The position numbers were made by a program, and so were the translations under genes. Below, in pieces: positions 22,879-32,801 of a DNA stretch of 39,715 nt. The notes below the pieces were generated by a model. It saw only the letters and a list, made by a program, of their open reading frames with translations. It was not told the origin of the DNA and searched no databases. This DNA is from Octopus bimaculoides (taxonomy: Eukaryota). The DNA lies in the NCBI RefSeq assembly GCF_001194135.2, contig NC_068988.1:39181074-39220788 (forward strand), read 5' to 3'. Each line of letters starts with the position of its first letter. Within the stretch, counting starts at the first letter, position 1.

Positions 22879-24726
22879 TATTTCAAAAGACTGAGATCTG
22901 TTGGAAACAAAAGATTCATTTCAACAAAATGTAGGTGAATCCATTGTAGTGAAAAAGTGTGGAAACCGTTGCAAAATAATAAGACAAAGTCTTTCGTTTA
23001 ATTTCCCCTTAAGTATTATATGATGTTTTCAGTAACTTTCGAGCTTCAAGCCTACGTAAAAATAATTCCTATTTGTATTTTGAAGAAATTTGCTATGTTT
23101 AAACATTTTTACGAAGGCCTGGCATTCATGCACTTGTTTCATCAAGTCGAATGACTTGAGTAATTATTTTGAAACAAACATCTTGTGGCAGCATTCAGTT
23201 ATTTTCTTTTAGGATAACGAGCTGTAAACCACACCAGTGTTTGTTTGTTTGAGAACATCGTCAATAACTTAAACGAATTTAACAAATGTTAAGAATTTGA
23301 TTTATTTATTTATCCTATTTTTGTCATTCTTAATATCTTACAGATCTTCAAGTTGAACGAAAAAAGAAATTCGGATTTGGAAACTCGTTCATTTATTTAT
23401 TATCACGTTTTATTTTATTTTATTTTATCTATTTTACTTTTTTACTCAGATTTATTTTTGTTTCTGCTTTATTTCCAGGATTTCTCCTGTCAGAGACAGA
23501 TGGACGTTTATTCAATGTTGATTCACGATATCGAATAACAAATACCGATTAGGAATTAAAATAGGATGTCTTCGTTCGTTTACTTTTGTTTGGGTTTTCT
23601 TGCCTTGCTGTATCACAGAATTTAGGGTTAAACTCACAAACATATTTGAGATCCGTGAAAAAGACAGGAAAATCACCAGAATATGCGAAATAGGTGCCAC
23701 AAGTTATTTAAAATATATATTAAAAAAAAACAAATAAAGACACAAACCATAAATCACAGGGAATGATTTAAAGTGAAATTCCATAGGTGCTGAGGTATTC
23801 AGTTTGAAACCTATATGTCTCGAGATCCCATCTACTACAAGACTGTGTTTCTCATCAGAACTTGATATGCCATGGTTTTTATCGATTTATTTACGTGAAT
23901 AAATCGATAGCTTCTTGGGGAAAAGTTTGGGCTTCATCTCTACTTGGAAAAGTAGTAGGAAATCACTTCTGGGTTGGGTCTGTTTCTCAAGAAATTACTC
24001 TAGATGTTATAAATTCATACTAGTCTCTTCAATCAGCTGTCATATATTTAACAAGAAGTGTATAATGTATTCCAAATATCTCACAGAAGCGTCGTCTTTT
24101 GATGAAACAAATATTTTGAAGGTATAATTAGAGAGCTGATATTTCTATATTCCATCACTAATGTCACTATGAAAAAATCTATGAATGCTATGTTATCTTA
24201 ATTACCTTTCCCATTAGATGCGAGTCGTTGTGCCCAACGATGTTAAAATATTAATTTGCTGATACGTCAAAGGTTTTTCCTCTCAAATAAATGCAACTCT
24301 GGAATAAAACTACACTGGTTTCAGTGCTGTTGTTTATGTGTTTCGAATCGATAAAACAATACACAATATCACCTGTTCAGAATCGATAAAATAAATACAT
24401 CGACAAACCATTCTGCTGGTTCCATATCCAACTGTGCCATAATCTCACAGCACCAAAGACACGACTGATATCCAATACAGGATGCTCTAGATCTCCGTTA
24501 AAGTACATACACAGGTGAATAAGCTAAAGTGGGTATATATAAATTTCTATTAAGAAAATTATTTCCGTCTAAAGAAACATTTCATCTTAATTTACGCATG
24601 CCAGGAAACTAACTAGATTACATGAAGAAGCCTCTATGTGGTCGTAGTTGCTTTTTTGTGCTAGAATGAGCAGCCAAATTCCATTCACAATTAACACGAG
24701 GTACTGTCTTATAAACTGATTTCAAA

Positions 24727-24925
24727 TTTTTGTACAAGGCCAGCAAATTTCGAGGGAGTGGATAAGTCGATAACAACAACTCCAAAGTTCATTATTCTAT
24801 CGACACCGAAAGGACGAAAGGCAAAGTCGACCCCAGAGGAATTTGAACCCGGAACGTAAAGACGGACGAAATGACGTTAAACATTTTGCCCGGTGTGCTA
24901 ACGATTCTACCAGCTTGCCGCCTTT
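24727..24925 (-). mobile_element. SINE family A, tail type A2 (diverged)
   Basis: GAAAGGCAAAGTCGACCCCAGAGGAATTTGAACCCGGAACG...GTGCTAACGATTCTACCAGCTTGCC, preceded on + by the A2 tail ACAAGGCCAGCAAATTTCGAGGG. Confidence 0.85.
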
Positions 24926-24974
24926 ATCGTCTTATAATAGGAAAGATATATTTCATAAAGTAGCTATGGGTATA

Positions 24975-25188
24975 TTCTTTTCTACTCTAGACACAAGGCC
25001 CGAAATTTGGGGGGTGAGGGCCATTCGATTAAATCGACCCAGTACACATCTGGAACTTAATTTATCGGCCCTGAAAGGATGAAAGGCAAAGTCGACCTCA
25101 GCAGAATTTGAACTCAGAACGTAAAGACAGACGAAATACGGCTAAGCATTTCGGTCGGTGTGCTAACGTTTCTGCCAGCTCGCCGCCT
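24975..25188 (-). mobile_element. SINE family A2, near full length
   Basis: TTTCTACTCTAGACACAAGGCCCGAAATTTGGGGGG (A2 tail)...GAAAGGCAAAGTCGACCTCAGCAGAATTTGAACTCAGAACG...CTAACGTTTCTGCCAGCTCGCC. Confidence 0.92.
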
Positions 25189-25554
25189 ATATGTATTTAT
25201 AAATGGATGTATGTATATGTTTACATATGTGTAAATATGCACGTGAGCATACACATGAACACACATACATGTATATATACGACGGAATTATATGCAGTTT
25301 TCTTCGACCAAATGTTATCCACGTCCAAGGGTACCATGGTATATACATATAAACTTAAACAGTTAGGCCAGAAAACATTTTTGTTATGAACATGTATTCT
25401 TATACCTGTTGTATGATATCTATGATATAATGTTTGCGTGTGAGTCTTATAGATTGTTTGAAAGTATGGAACACCTATGGAAATCTTAATCTTAAAGTAG
25501 TATTTATATATCGGAAATGGAAAATATTGATTGGCCGCAAGTAAGAAGCGTATA

Positions 25555-25970
25555 AGGTGGCGAGTTGGCAGAAACGTTAGCACGCCGGGCGAAATGCTTG
25601 GCGGTATTTCGTCTGCCGCTACATTCTGAGTTCAAATTCCGCCGAGGTCGACTTTGCCTTTCATCCTTTCGGGGTCGATTAAATAAGTACCAGTTACGCA
25701 CTGGGGTCGATATAATCGACTTAATCCATTTGTCTGTCCTTGTTTGTCCACTCTGTGTGTAGCCCCTTGTGGGCAGTAAAGAAATAGGTATTTCGTCTGC
25801 CGTTACGTTCTGAGTTCAAATTCCGCCGAGGTCGACTTTGCCTTTCATCCTTTCAGGTTCGATGAATTAAGTACCAGTTACGCGCTGGGGTCGATATAAT
25901 CGACTTAATCTGTTTGTCTGTCCTTGTTTGTCCCCTCTGTGTGTAGCCCCTTGTGGGCAGTAAACAAATA
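25555..25970 (+). mobile_element. SINE family A1 head-to-tail dimer (full copy 25555-25786 plus 5'-truncated copy 25787-25970)
   Basis: Two consecutive copies of GAGTTCAAATTCCGCCGAGGTCGACTTTGCCTTTCATCCTTTC...GTAGCCCCTTGTGGGCAGTAAA. TAAGAAGCGT occurs at both 25542-25551 and 25969-25978, a candidate TSD around the whole dimer. Confidence 0.92.
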
Positions 25971-26110
25971 AGAAGCGTTAAAGTTTCGGTCAGTACCCTT
26001 TATTTGGCCGAAACTTGAGCTGTTCCTGTTGCTCTCTGCAAAACAATTTATTTTACTTTCGAACTGTACATATACTCTGAGTTGTCTACATAGACCCCCG
26101 TCAGTCTGCA

Positions 26111-26256
26111 TTTTACCTTTTGCTTGTTTCAGTTATTGGACTCTGGCCAAGCAGAGTTTGGTTGAACGATTGGCTCCAGCACTTATTTTTAGTCCGGAAT
26201 TAGTTCTATTGTTCCCTATAACTGAACCGCTAGATTACCGGGACGTAAACAAGCAC
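26111..26256 (-). mobile_element. SINE family B 3'-tail fragment
   Basis: TGCTTGTTTCAGTTATTGGACT...CTGAACCGCTAGATTACCGGGACGTAAACAAGC matches the B tails at 3297, 18618 and 21620. Confidence 0.68.
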
Positions 26257-26512
26257 AAAGACGTAAACACACATATTCTTCTGGACATATAATGTGAAAT
26301 GAGTCAGTATTATTTGGTAGCACCATACTCAGACAACCGATTTGGATTAGTTTCAACATTCTGTTAAAAAACTACTCCCCACTTCCGATTCTCCATACCG
26401 TTTTGTTCTGCAAAAGCACAGCTATTTTGAGAGAATTTATTTGCGAAATGAGAGAGCAGCAATGAGAATCACCTATATATTTAATAAAATTTCTGCAATT
26501 GCTACCAGAACT

Positions 26513-26737
26513 TTGAGGGGGTGCTGAAGAGTTCTTGGTTTTGGGTAAAAAAAAAAAAAAATACAGGAGAATCAGTTAATTATAATTTTATTTAACATTT
26601 TCCTCTATCAGATTAACCCACTTATTGCAGCGGTCCTTCAGTTTTTTCTAAGCCCTGTAAAACAATTCGGAAATTTGGGCCTCCGGCCAGGCCTTTCGAG
26701 AAACCTTTAAAGCCAGGAACTTTTCAGCATTCTGTCG
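26513..26737 (-). mobile_element. Mariner-derived MITE
   Basis: TGAGGGGGTGCTGAAGAGTTCTTGG ... AAAGCCAGGAACTTTTCAGCATTCTGTCG followed by TA. Same interior as the 14366 and 27848 copies. Confidence 0.87.
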
Positions 26738-26989
26738 TAGTACGGTCGCCAGCCTGCTTTCTTTACATTTCGACACCACCACCACTACTACCGCTGCCGC
26801 CGCCACCACCATTACAACCACAGCCATTTCCACAAATACCATTTGCTTGCATTAATATCATCCCAATGCCTATCGGCCCTACCACTGCCAATACTGCTAC
26901 AACAACCATCAGCACAACTACAACCTGAACTAGCACCACCACTACAATCACTACTATCACCACCACCATCATTACGACCGCCGTCATTG

Positions 26990-27000
26990 TCAGCACCACC

Positions 27001-27088
<88 letters not shown>
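26990..27088. repeat. (CCA)n(CTA)n microsatellite
   Basis: Direct reading. Confidence 0.96.
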
Positions 27089-27586
27089 TAAGCATTCAAC
27101 GCTGTCTCTACTCTTTCATGATTTTATTTTTATTTTTTAAGATTTATTATTATTTCATTTTATTTGTGTTTAGTTTAAATTCTGACAGTTCTGTGGCAAG
27201 TGAACCAATGTCTTTAAATTTCGGATTATTTGAAACACATGTCTTTGTACTTGGAACACATATTCGTCAAATACACCGAACAACAAAGGTAACAAAAACT
27301 ACCATTACAGAAACAACAACGAGAACAACAAAATACATTACATTGCACAGAGGCGACACAAAACAAACCTATTATAAAACAGATTTTATATGCATGGTGT
27401 GTGTATAAGTAGTGGAGGAAGAGAGATGAGAACAGCCTGGCTTTTTATGATATACGAACACAGCCGCATATATATATGAATATATACATACATACAGACA
27501 TACATACACATATATAAATAGGATAGTAGTACAACAATGTACCACTATATAAATATATATATATATATGTTTATATNNNNNNNNNN

Positions 27587-27847
27587 AGAAAACACGGACA
27601 TGTCATTCGGAGTTTTCTCTCTTCAGTCGAGATCCAGATTATCTTTGCAATTTTGGCTAGTTATTCTCGATATTGTTCCAATCTGGCCAGCCCCAAGGAA
27701 AAAACTAAGCTAAGAGCATTAGATTCCTTAGGAGAAAGCAGCGAATGTATACAAAAAACAAGGACGGAAAAAAATGAACAATGTTACACAAATACAGTAG
27801 GAATAATAACGGGACTTAACAGAAGTCTTTCGACTAGACAAAACACA
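27587..27847 (-). mobile_element. Possible Penelope-like terminal remnant
   Basis: The minus strand reads CTGAAGAGAGAAAACTCCGAATGACATGTCC (27596-27626). Purine-rich AAAAAACAAGGACGGAAAAAAA resembles the 31425 remnant. It lies next to (TA)n and a gap. Confidence 0.4.
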
Positions 27848-28065
27848 CGAGTGGATGTTGAAAAGTTCTTGGCTTTGGGTAACAGAAAATACTGGAGGAT
27901 CAGTTAATTACGATTATATAACAATATATTCCCGTCTCAGATTCACACGCTTATTGCAGCGGTCCTTCAGTTTTTCTAGGCACTGTAAAAGAACTCGGAA
28001 GGTTGGACCTCCAACCACACTTTTTGCGACACCCTTAAAGCTAGAAACTTTTCAGCACCTCCTAG
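27848..28065 (-). mobile_element. Mariner-derived MITE
   Basis: CGAGTGGATGTTGAAAAGTTCTTGGCTTT ... AAAGCTAGAAACTTTTCAGCACCTCCTAG followed by TA. The interior reverse complement encodes LEKLKDRCNKRVNLRREYI. Confidence 0.87.
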
Positions 28066-28077
28066 TATGTATGTATG

Positions 28078-28111
<34 letters not shown>

Positions 28112-28171
28112 TGTATGTATGTATGTGTGTGAGTATATAGATATATGACCATTGCTATTATTAGTTTATCG

Positions 28172-28945
28172 ATGTGGATTGTTACAAGTACTATGGCAGC
28201 ATTTTCGTTGCATCCCTGTTCTTTCTGAGTTCAAGTACCGCTGCGGCCGTCTTTGCCTATCATGCTTTCGGGGTTGCTAAATAAGGGCCTCTTGAGTACT
28301 GATGTCGATATAATCGACTCAATTAGGGGTTCTCAACCAGGTTTTTTCATCTTTGAACCCCTTTGATTATTATTCTATTCTTGTGGAACCAGATGTTTAA
28401 AAGCTAGTTTAATAGAAACTTCTATCAAAATTCCTATTTTGTTTTTTATACATCAACTTTTGTAGGTTGAACTATATAAAATGTTAGAGAAAGAAACCTA
28501 GCTGTTTCCTACAATACATACCAATACATACATCTAAAGCAGGGGCTCACAACCATTTTTTATTTATGGATCGCTTTGTTTACTATTTTCTTCTGGTGGA
28601 ACCCCAAAGCCATTCGATGTTTAAAAAGTAGATTTATAGATACTTCTTTCAAAATTCCTATTTTGTTTTTCACACATTAACTTGTGTAGGTTGGACTATG
28701 TAAAATGCTAGAGACAGAAACGTAGCTGTTTCTTGCAATACATACCAATACATGCATCTAAATCAAAATTATTTTCAGGGGCTCTTGTGAATCCCCTATT
28801 TACAATTGTGTTACATGGACCTTCTCCCCACCCAAAATCTTATATGGAACTTCAGGGACCATATAGACCCCATTTGAGAACCACTGGACTAGCTGCTTCT
28901 CAAACATTTCAGGCCTTGTGTCTATAATAGAAAGACAGTATTGTT
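28172..28945 (+). mobile_element. Diverged SINE A2 split by hAT-type MITE (SINE parts ~28172-28323 and 28887-28945)
   Basis: TTCTGAGTTCAAGTACCGC...GTCGATATAATCGACTC stops at 28323. The A2 tail resumes at 28887 (GACTAGC...CATTTCAGGCCTTGTGTCTATAATAGAAAG). Confidence 0.78.
28324..28886. mobile_element. hAT (Charlie/MER5-like) MITE with duplicated left arm
   Basis: Left TIRs TAGGGGTTCTCAACC (28324) and CAGGGGCTCACAACC (28540), right TIR TTTGAGAACCACTG (28873-28886). 28324-28539 is homologous to 28540-~28760. Flanks GACTCAAT / GACTAGCT look like a decayed 8-bp TSD. Confidence 0.82.
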
Positions 28946-29074
28946 TTTTTGCTTGATCACTCCATGAATGTAAAGTGCTTGTGATGATGATGGTAGTCGC
29001 CACCTCTGACCTCGACTCTATTGTTTACTCCAACAATAAGAAACAAAAAAAACTCAGAAAAAGGGATCAAAGAT

Positions 29075-29232
29075 CCTTTCCGAGCGGTAGGCTCAAAAGG
29101 CCAGTTTCCAAGATTCTGTGGCGCATATATTTTCCCAGGACAAAATGCTGATCCATCGCGAGATTACTTAGTTTTGCCAGTTGAGTGTGAAATGAAGTGT
29201 GTTGCTCAAAAACACAACGCATCATCCAGTTG
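29075..29232 (-). mobile_element. Degenerate SINE family C fragment
   Basis: GGCTCAAAAGGCCAGTTTCC...GTGGCG...GATCCATCGCG and GTGAAATGAAGTGTGTTGCTCAAAAACACAACGCAT align with the reverse complement of about 35387-35535. Confidence 0.68.
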
Positions 29233-29342
29233 TTTAAAAGGCATGGAGGACGTCCCAATGAAATTGATTATCTTTACCCAATACACGAAGTCAACTTTGT
29301 AGCGAAGATATATCCAATTGAATCTTCCCCATAATATTGGTT

Positions 29343-29769
29343 CCAAATTTTGGCATTAGGCCAGCAATTTCAGTGGAGGAGGTAACTCGATTACTTCGAC
29401 CCCAGTATTCAACTGGTACTTAACTTATCGACCCCGAAAGGATGAAAAGCAAAGTCAACCTCGGCGGAATTTGAACTCAGACTGTAAAGAAGGACGAAGT
29501 GCCACTAAGCAGTTTACCTAGCGTGTTAACGATTCTTATTTCTTTATTGCTCACAAGGGGCTAAACACAGAGAGGACAAACAAGGACAGAAAAAGGAATT
29601 AAGCTGATTAGATCGACCCCAGTGCGTAACTGGTACTTAATTTATCGACCCCGAAAGGATGAAAGGCAAAGTCGACCTCGGCGGAATTTTAACTCAGAAC
29701 GTAAAGACAGACGAAACACCGCTAAGAATTTCGCTCAGCGTGTTAACGATTCTGCCAACTCGTCGCCTT
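29343..29769 (-). mobile_element. SINE A1+A2 heterodimer (A1 29537-29769 joined to slightly 5'-truncated A2 29343-29536)
   Basis: Two central blocks ATCGACCCCGAAAGGATGAAA(A/G)GCAAAGTC. The right copy has the A1 tail (CACAAGGGGCTAAACACAGAG on +) and the left has the A2 tail (TAGGCCAGCAATTTCAG). The junction on + is AACGATTCT|TATTTCTTT. Confidence 0.9.
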
Positions 29770-31035
29770 AATTTTCGCCATAATATTACCGGTACTTGCG
29801 AGGCGACGAGGGAGTCTATGCCTTGTCCATCGATCTTCTGCAAAAGCAGTCAATCCTCACCGTCTCAAAAAGATACATTGAATACATATTGGAAACCACA
29901 GCCAAAGATACAAATTCTCATGAAAAAAATGGATAGCCACGGATAGAACACCTTTGACAACAGATCTCTTGGATGTGTGTCTAACAACAACAACAACAAC
30001 AACAACAGCAACAACAGCAGCAGCAGCAAAAACAATGGGCGAATATTTTTTATTTACCTTGGAAGATGAAAAGTAAAAGCAAGTCCGATAGGAATTCAAA
30101 ACAGGGAGGAGATGAAATGACTATAAAACATTTAGAGTGGCTTCCCTACCAATGTTGCCATTTTATTGTTCATTCCAGAATGAAATAACAAACCATAGGC
30201 AAGCATAGGAAATAAACACGCACACAGACACACGCAAACTGACTCACATGCACTGACTCACATGCACTGACTCATATGCACAAAATCTCAAACACACGCT
30301 CACACACACTCTAGCTTAGTCTCATATGGTGCCCTGCGCGCGTATTTGTCTGTGAACGCACGCGTTTTTTCTGCTGTTTCATTTCTATTACTTTTTTCTG
30401 ATAAGTCTCTCTCACTCTCTCTCTCTCTATTTCTTTCTTAATTTCTCTCTCTCTCTCTGCCCCCTTATGATACTCTTCACTAAAATTGGAATAGGAAAAG
30501 GAAGAAGAAAAGGCAAAACAAATCAAAGCAACACACGCATGCATACATGCGTAGACACATTTCCACACACAACACATGCACATTTACCGACACACTGCAC
30601 ACACACACACACACGACACGCACACCCGCACACCACCAGCACCATCTCCACTCCCACTACCACACGATACCTCGCCACACACGTAATGTACAGACAGAGA
30701 CAATAACAAGTTAGTACTATAAATGTTACAGGCTGGTAATTTGAAGCAGGCGATCAGTCTATCGTCTAAAGGTCACTTGATTCTGAAGCGATGTCACACA
30801 AACACATAACACACCCCCACAACAAGACGAATGCGTATATATATACGCATCTCTGAACAAACAATGATACATACATACGCACATACTCAGCCCTCACACC
30901 CCCCCCACACACACACAGAGACACACACACGCACATGCTCAGACATATGAGTGTATATGTATTACACACAAAATATAATATACACATTGCAGGCGTTAGG
31001 AGACACACCCACAGTTGCACATGTACAAACATTCA

Positions 31036-31069
<34 letters not shown>

Positions 31070-31424
31070 NNNNNNNNNNNNNNNNNNNNNNNNNNNNNNN
31101 NNNNNNNNNNNNNNNNNNNNNNNNNNNNNNNNNNNNNNNNNNNNNNNNNNNNNNNNNNNNNNNNNNNNNNNNNNNNNNNNNNNNNNNNNNNNNNNNNNNN
31201 NNNNNNNNNNNNNNNNNNNNNNNNNNNNNNNNNNNNNNNNNNNNNNNNNNNNNNNNNNNNNNNNNNNNNNNNNNNNNNNNNNNNNNNNNNNNNNNNNNNN
31301 NNNNNNNNNNNNNNNNNNNNNNNNNNNNNNNNNNNNNNNNNNNNNNNNNNNNNNNNNNNNNNNNNNNNNNNNNNNNNNNNNNNNNNNNNNNNTATATATA
31401 TATATGGGAGAATATACAAATAAT

Positions 31425-31620
31425 AACAACAGACGAGGACAGGTGGTGTAAATAACAAAAGTATATATTAGTATGACGCTCGGGAATACGGAAAGTCTTT
31501 GACGTTTCGAGCTACGCTCTTCAACAGAAAGAATACGGAGACAAGGAGAAAAACACGGAGAAAAAAAATTGAATAGTGTTCAGTCAACGGTCAATCATAA
31601 TAATGGCCGATCATAACAAT
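31425..31620 (-). mobile_element. Probable Penelope-like element terminal remnant
   Basis: The minus strand reads TTGAAGAGCGTAGCTCGAAACGTC (31501-31524), the TGAAGA...CGAAACGT pattern typical of Penelope pseudo-LTR ends. It lies next to (TA)n. Confidence 0.55.
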
Positions 31621-31711
31621 GGCTGACCGGAAGTTAGAAATTCTTATTTCAGGAGAGCTAAGAAAGGGGGAGATAACAAACGGTGATCGGGAACGAGGGG
31701 CTGTGTGTAGG

Positions 31712-31747
<36 letters not shown>

Positions 31748-31934
31748 GAACCGAAAAGTGAAACTTGGAGCTGTGCAACAAAGTTCCTGCTTCTATTCTA
31801 TTATATATTAAATATACGGTTAGCATTGGGTGCTATTTTGCAAGATGTATGAATTATTGTTTTATTTATTTAATTATTTATTAATTTTATTTATTTATTT
31901 GCTATTGCTGTTGCTGGTGTAATTGTCATTAGTA

Positions 31935-32242
31935 ATGAGTAAAGACCCCGCTTCGGTCATGAATGACCATAGGATTTCTACTAGAAAGCTCCCCTCTAAG
32001 GCACAAGTCCGGGTAAGGTTTTCTCAAAATTTTTATGGAAGACCAGTAGCCACCCATGCATACTAGTTTTCCCTTTCCACGTCACCGATGTTAACCAAGA
32101 GAAAGGCACAGGTAGATACAGCTTGGCACCAGTGACGTCACAACTCATTACCACAGCTGAATGAACTGGAGCAACATGAAATAAAGTGCCTTGCTCAAGA
32201 AAACAACACACATCCCGGTCTGTGAATCGAACTCACTACCTC
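31935..32242 (-). mobile_element. CORE-like SINE related to family C but with a different long 3' tail (C2), 5'-truncated
   Basis: CAGCTGAATGAACTGGAGCAACATGAAATAAAGTGCCTTGCTCAAGAAAACAAC...GAATCGAACTC is the reverse complement of B-box plus CORE-like block, as in family C. The tail (AAAGACCCCGCTTCGGTCATGAATGACC...GGCACAAGTCCGGG on +) is unrelated to the 35311 tail. Confidence 0.85.
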
Positions 32243-32304
32243 AGCTGCAGGTTAACTTTGATTAAGCTGGCAACTGGGGAAAGACTTTCAGTTGAAACAA
32301 AGTT

Positions 32305-32335
<31 letters not shown>

Positions 32336-32345
32336 TCTATTTATT

Positions 32346-32801
32346 GATGAAAACAGTTGCATAAAGAAGCGCGATCATTCAAAGTGGAGGGAAGTTGTGG
32401 AAGAGGGAGACCAATAAAAACATGAGACGATGTATTAAAGGCCGATCTGAAAACGCTGAGCCTTACGAAGGAGATGATAGAAGACTGAGGTATGTGTGGT
32501 TTATAGAAGAACCGCCCACCACAACAGAACTGAGATCCTTAAAACCAAGGTGCCATGTAAAGAGCATTAGTGTGGTTGCTGGTGTCACGTAAGTAACATT
32601 GGTGTTTGTACCTCGTAAAATGCACTGCTGATGATGCCACGTAAAAAGCACCCAGTGCACTCTGTAAAGTGGTTGGTGTTAGGAAGGTCATCCAGATGTA
32701 GAAACCAAGCCAAAAGAAACTATAAAACCGGGTACAGCCTCTGGCCTTGCTAGTTCCTGTCAAGCCGTCCAACCCATGCTAGCATGGAAATCGGACATCA
32801 A
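32346..32801 (+). mobile_element. RTE-clade LINE 3' end (ORF2 C-terminus plus 3' UTR)
   Basis: Translates DENSCIKK / RSFKVEGSCGRGRPIKT*DDVLKADLKTLSLTKEMIED*, matching the GxxxRGRPxxTW...D...DRxxW motif, with TGA at the W and R positions. The 3' UTR has ~4 degenerate GGTGCCACGTAAAAAGCAC units (32549-32651) and ends GTGGTTGGTGTTAGGAAGG...CCAACCCATGCTAGCATGGAAATCGGACATCAA. Confidence 0.88.

Noticed and set aside
26763-27099. Poly-V/S/L ORFs
   Set aside because: Translations of (CTA)n/(CCA)n and degenerate trinucleotide repeats.
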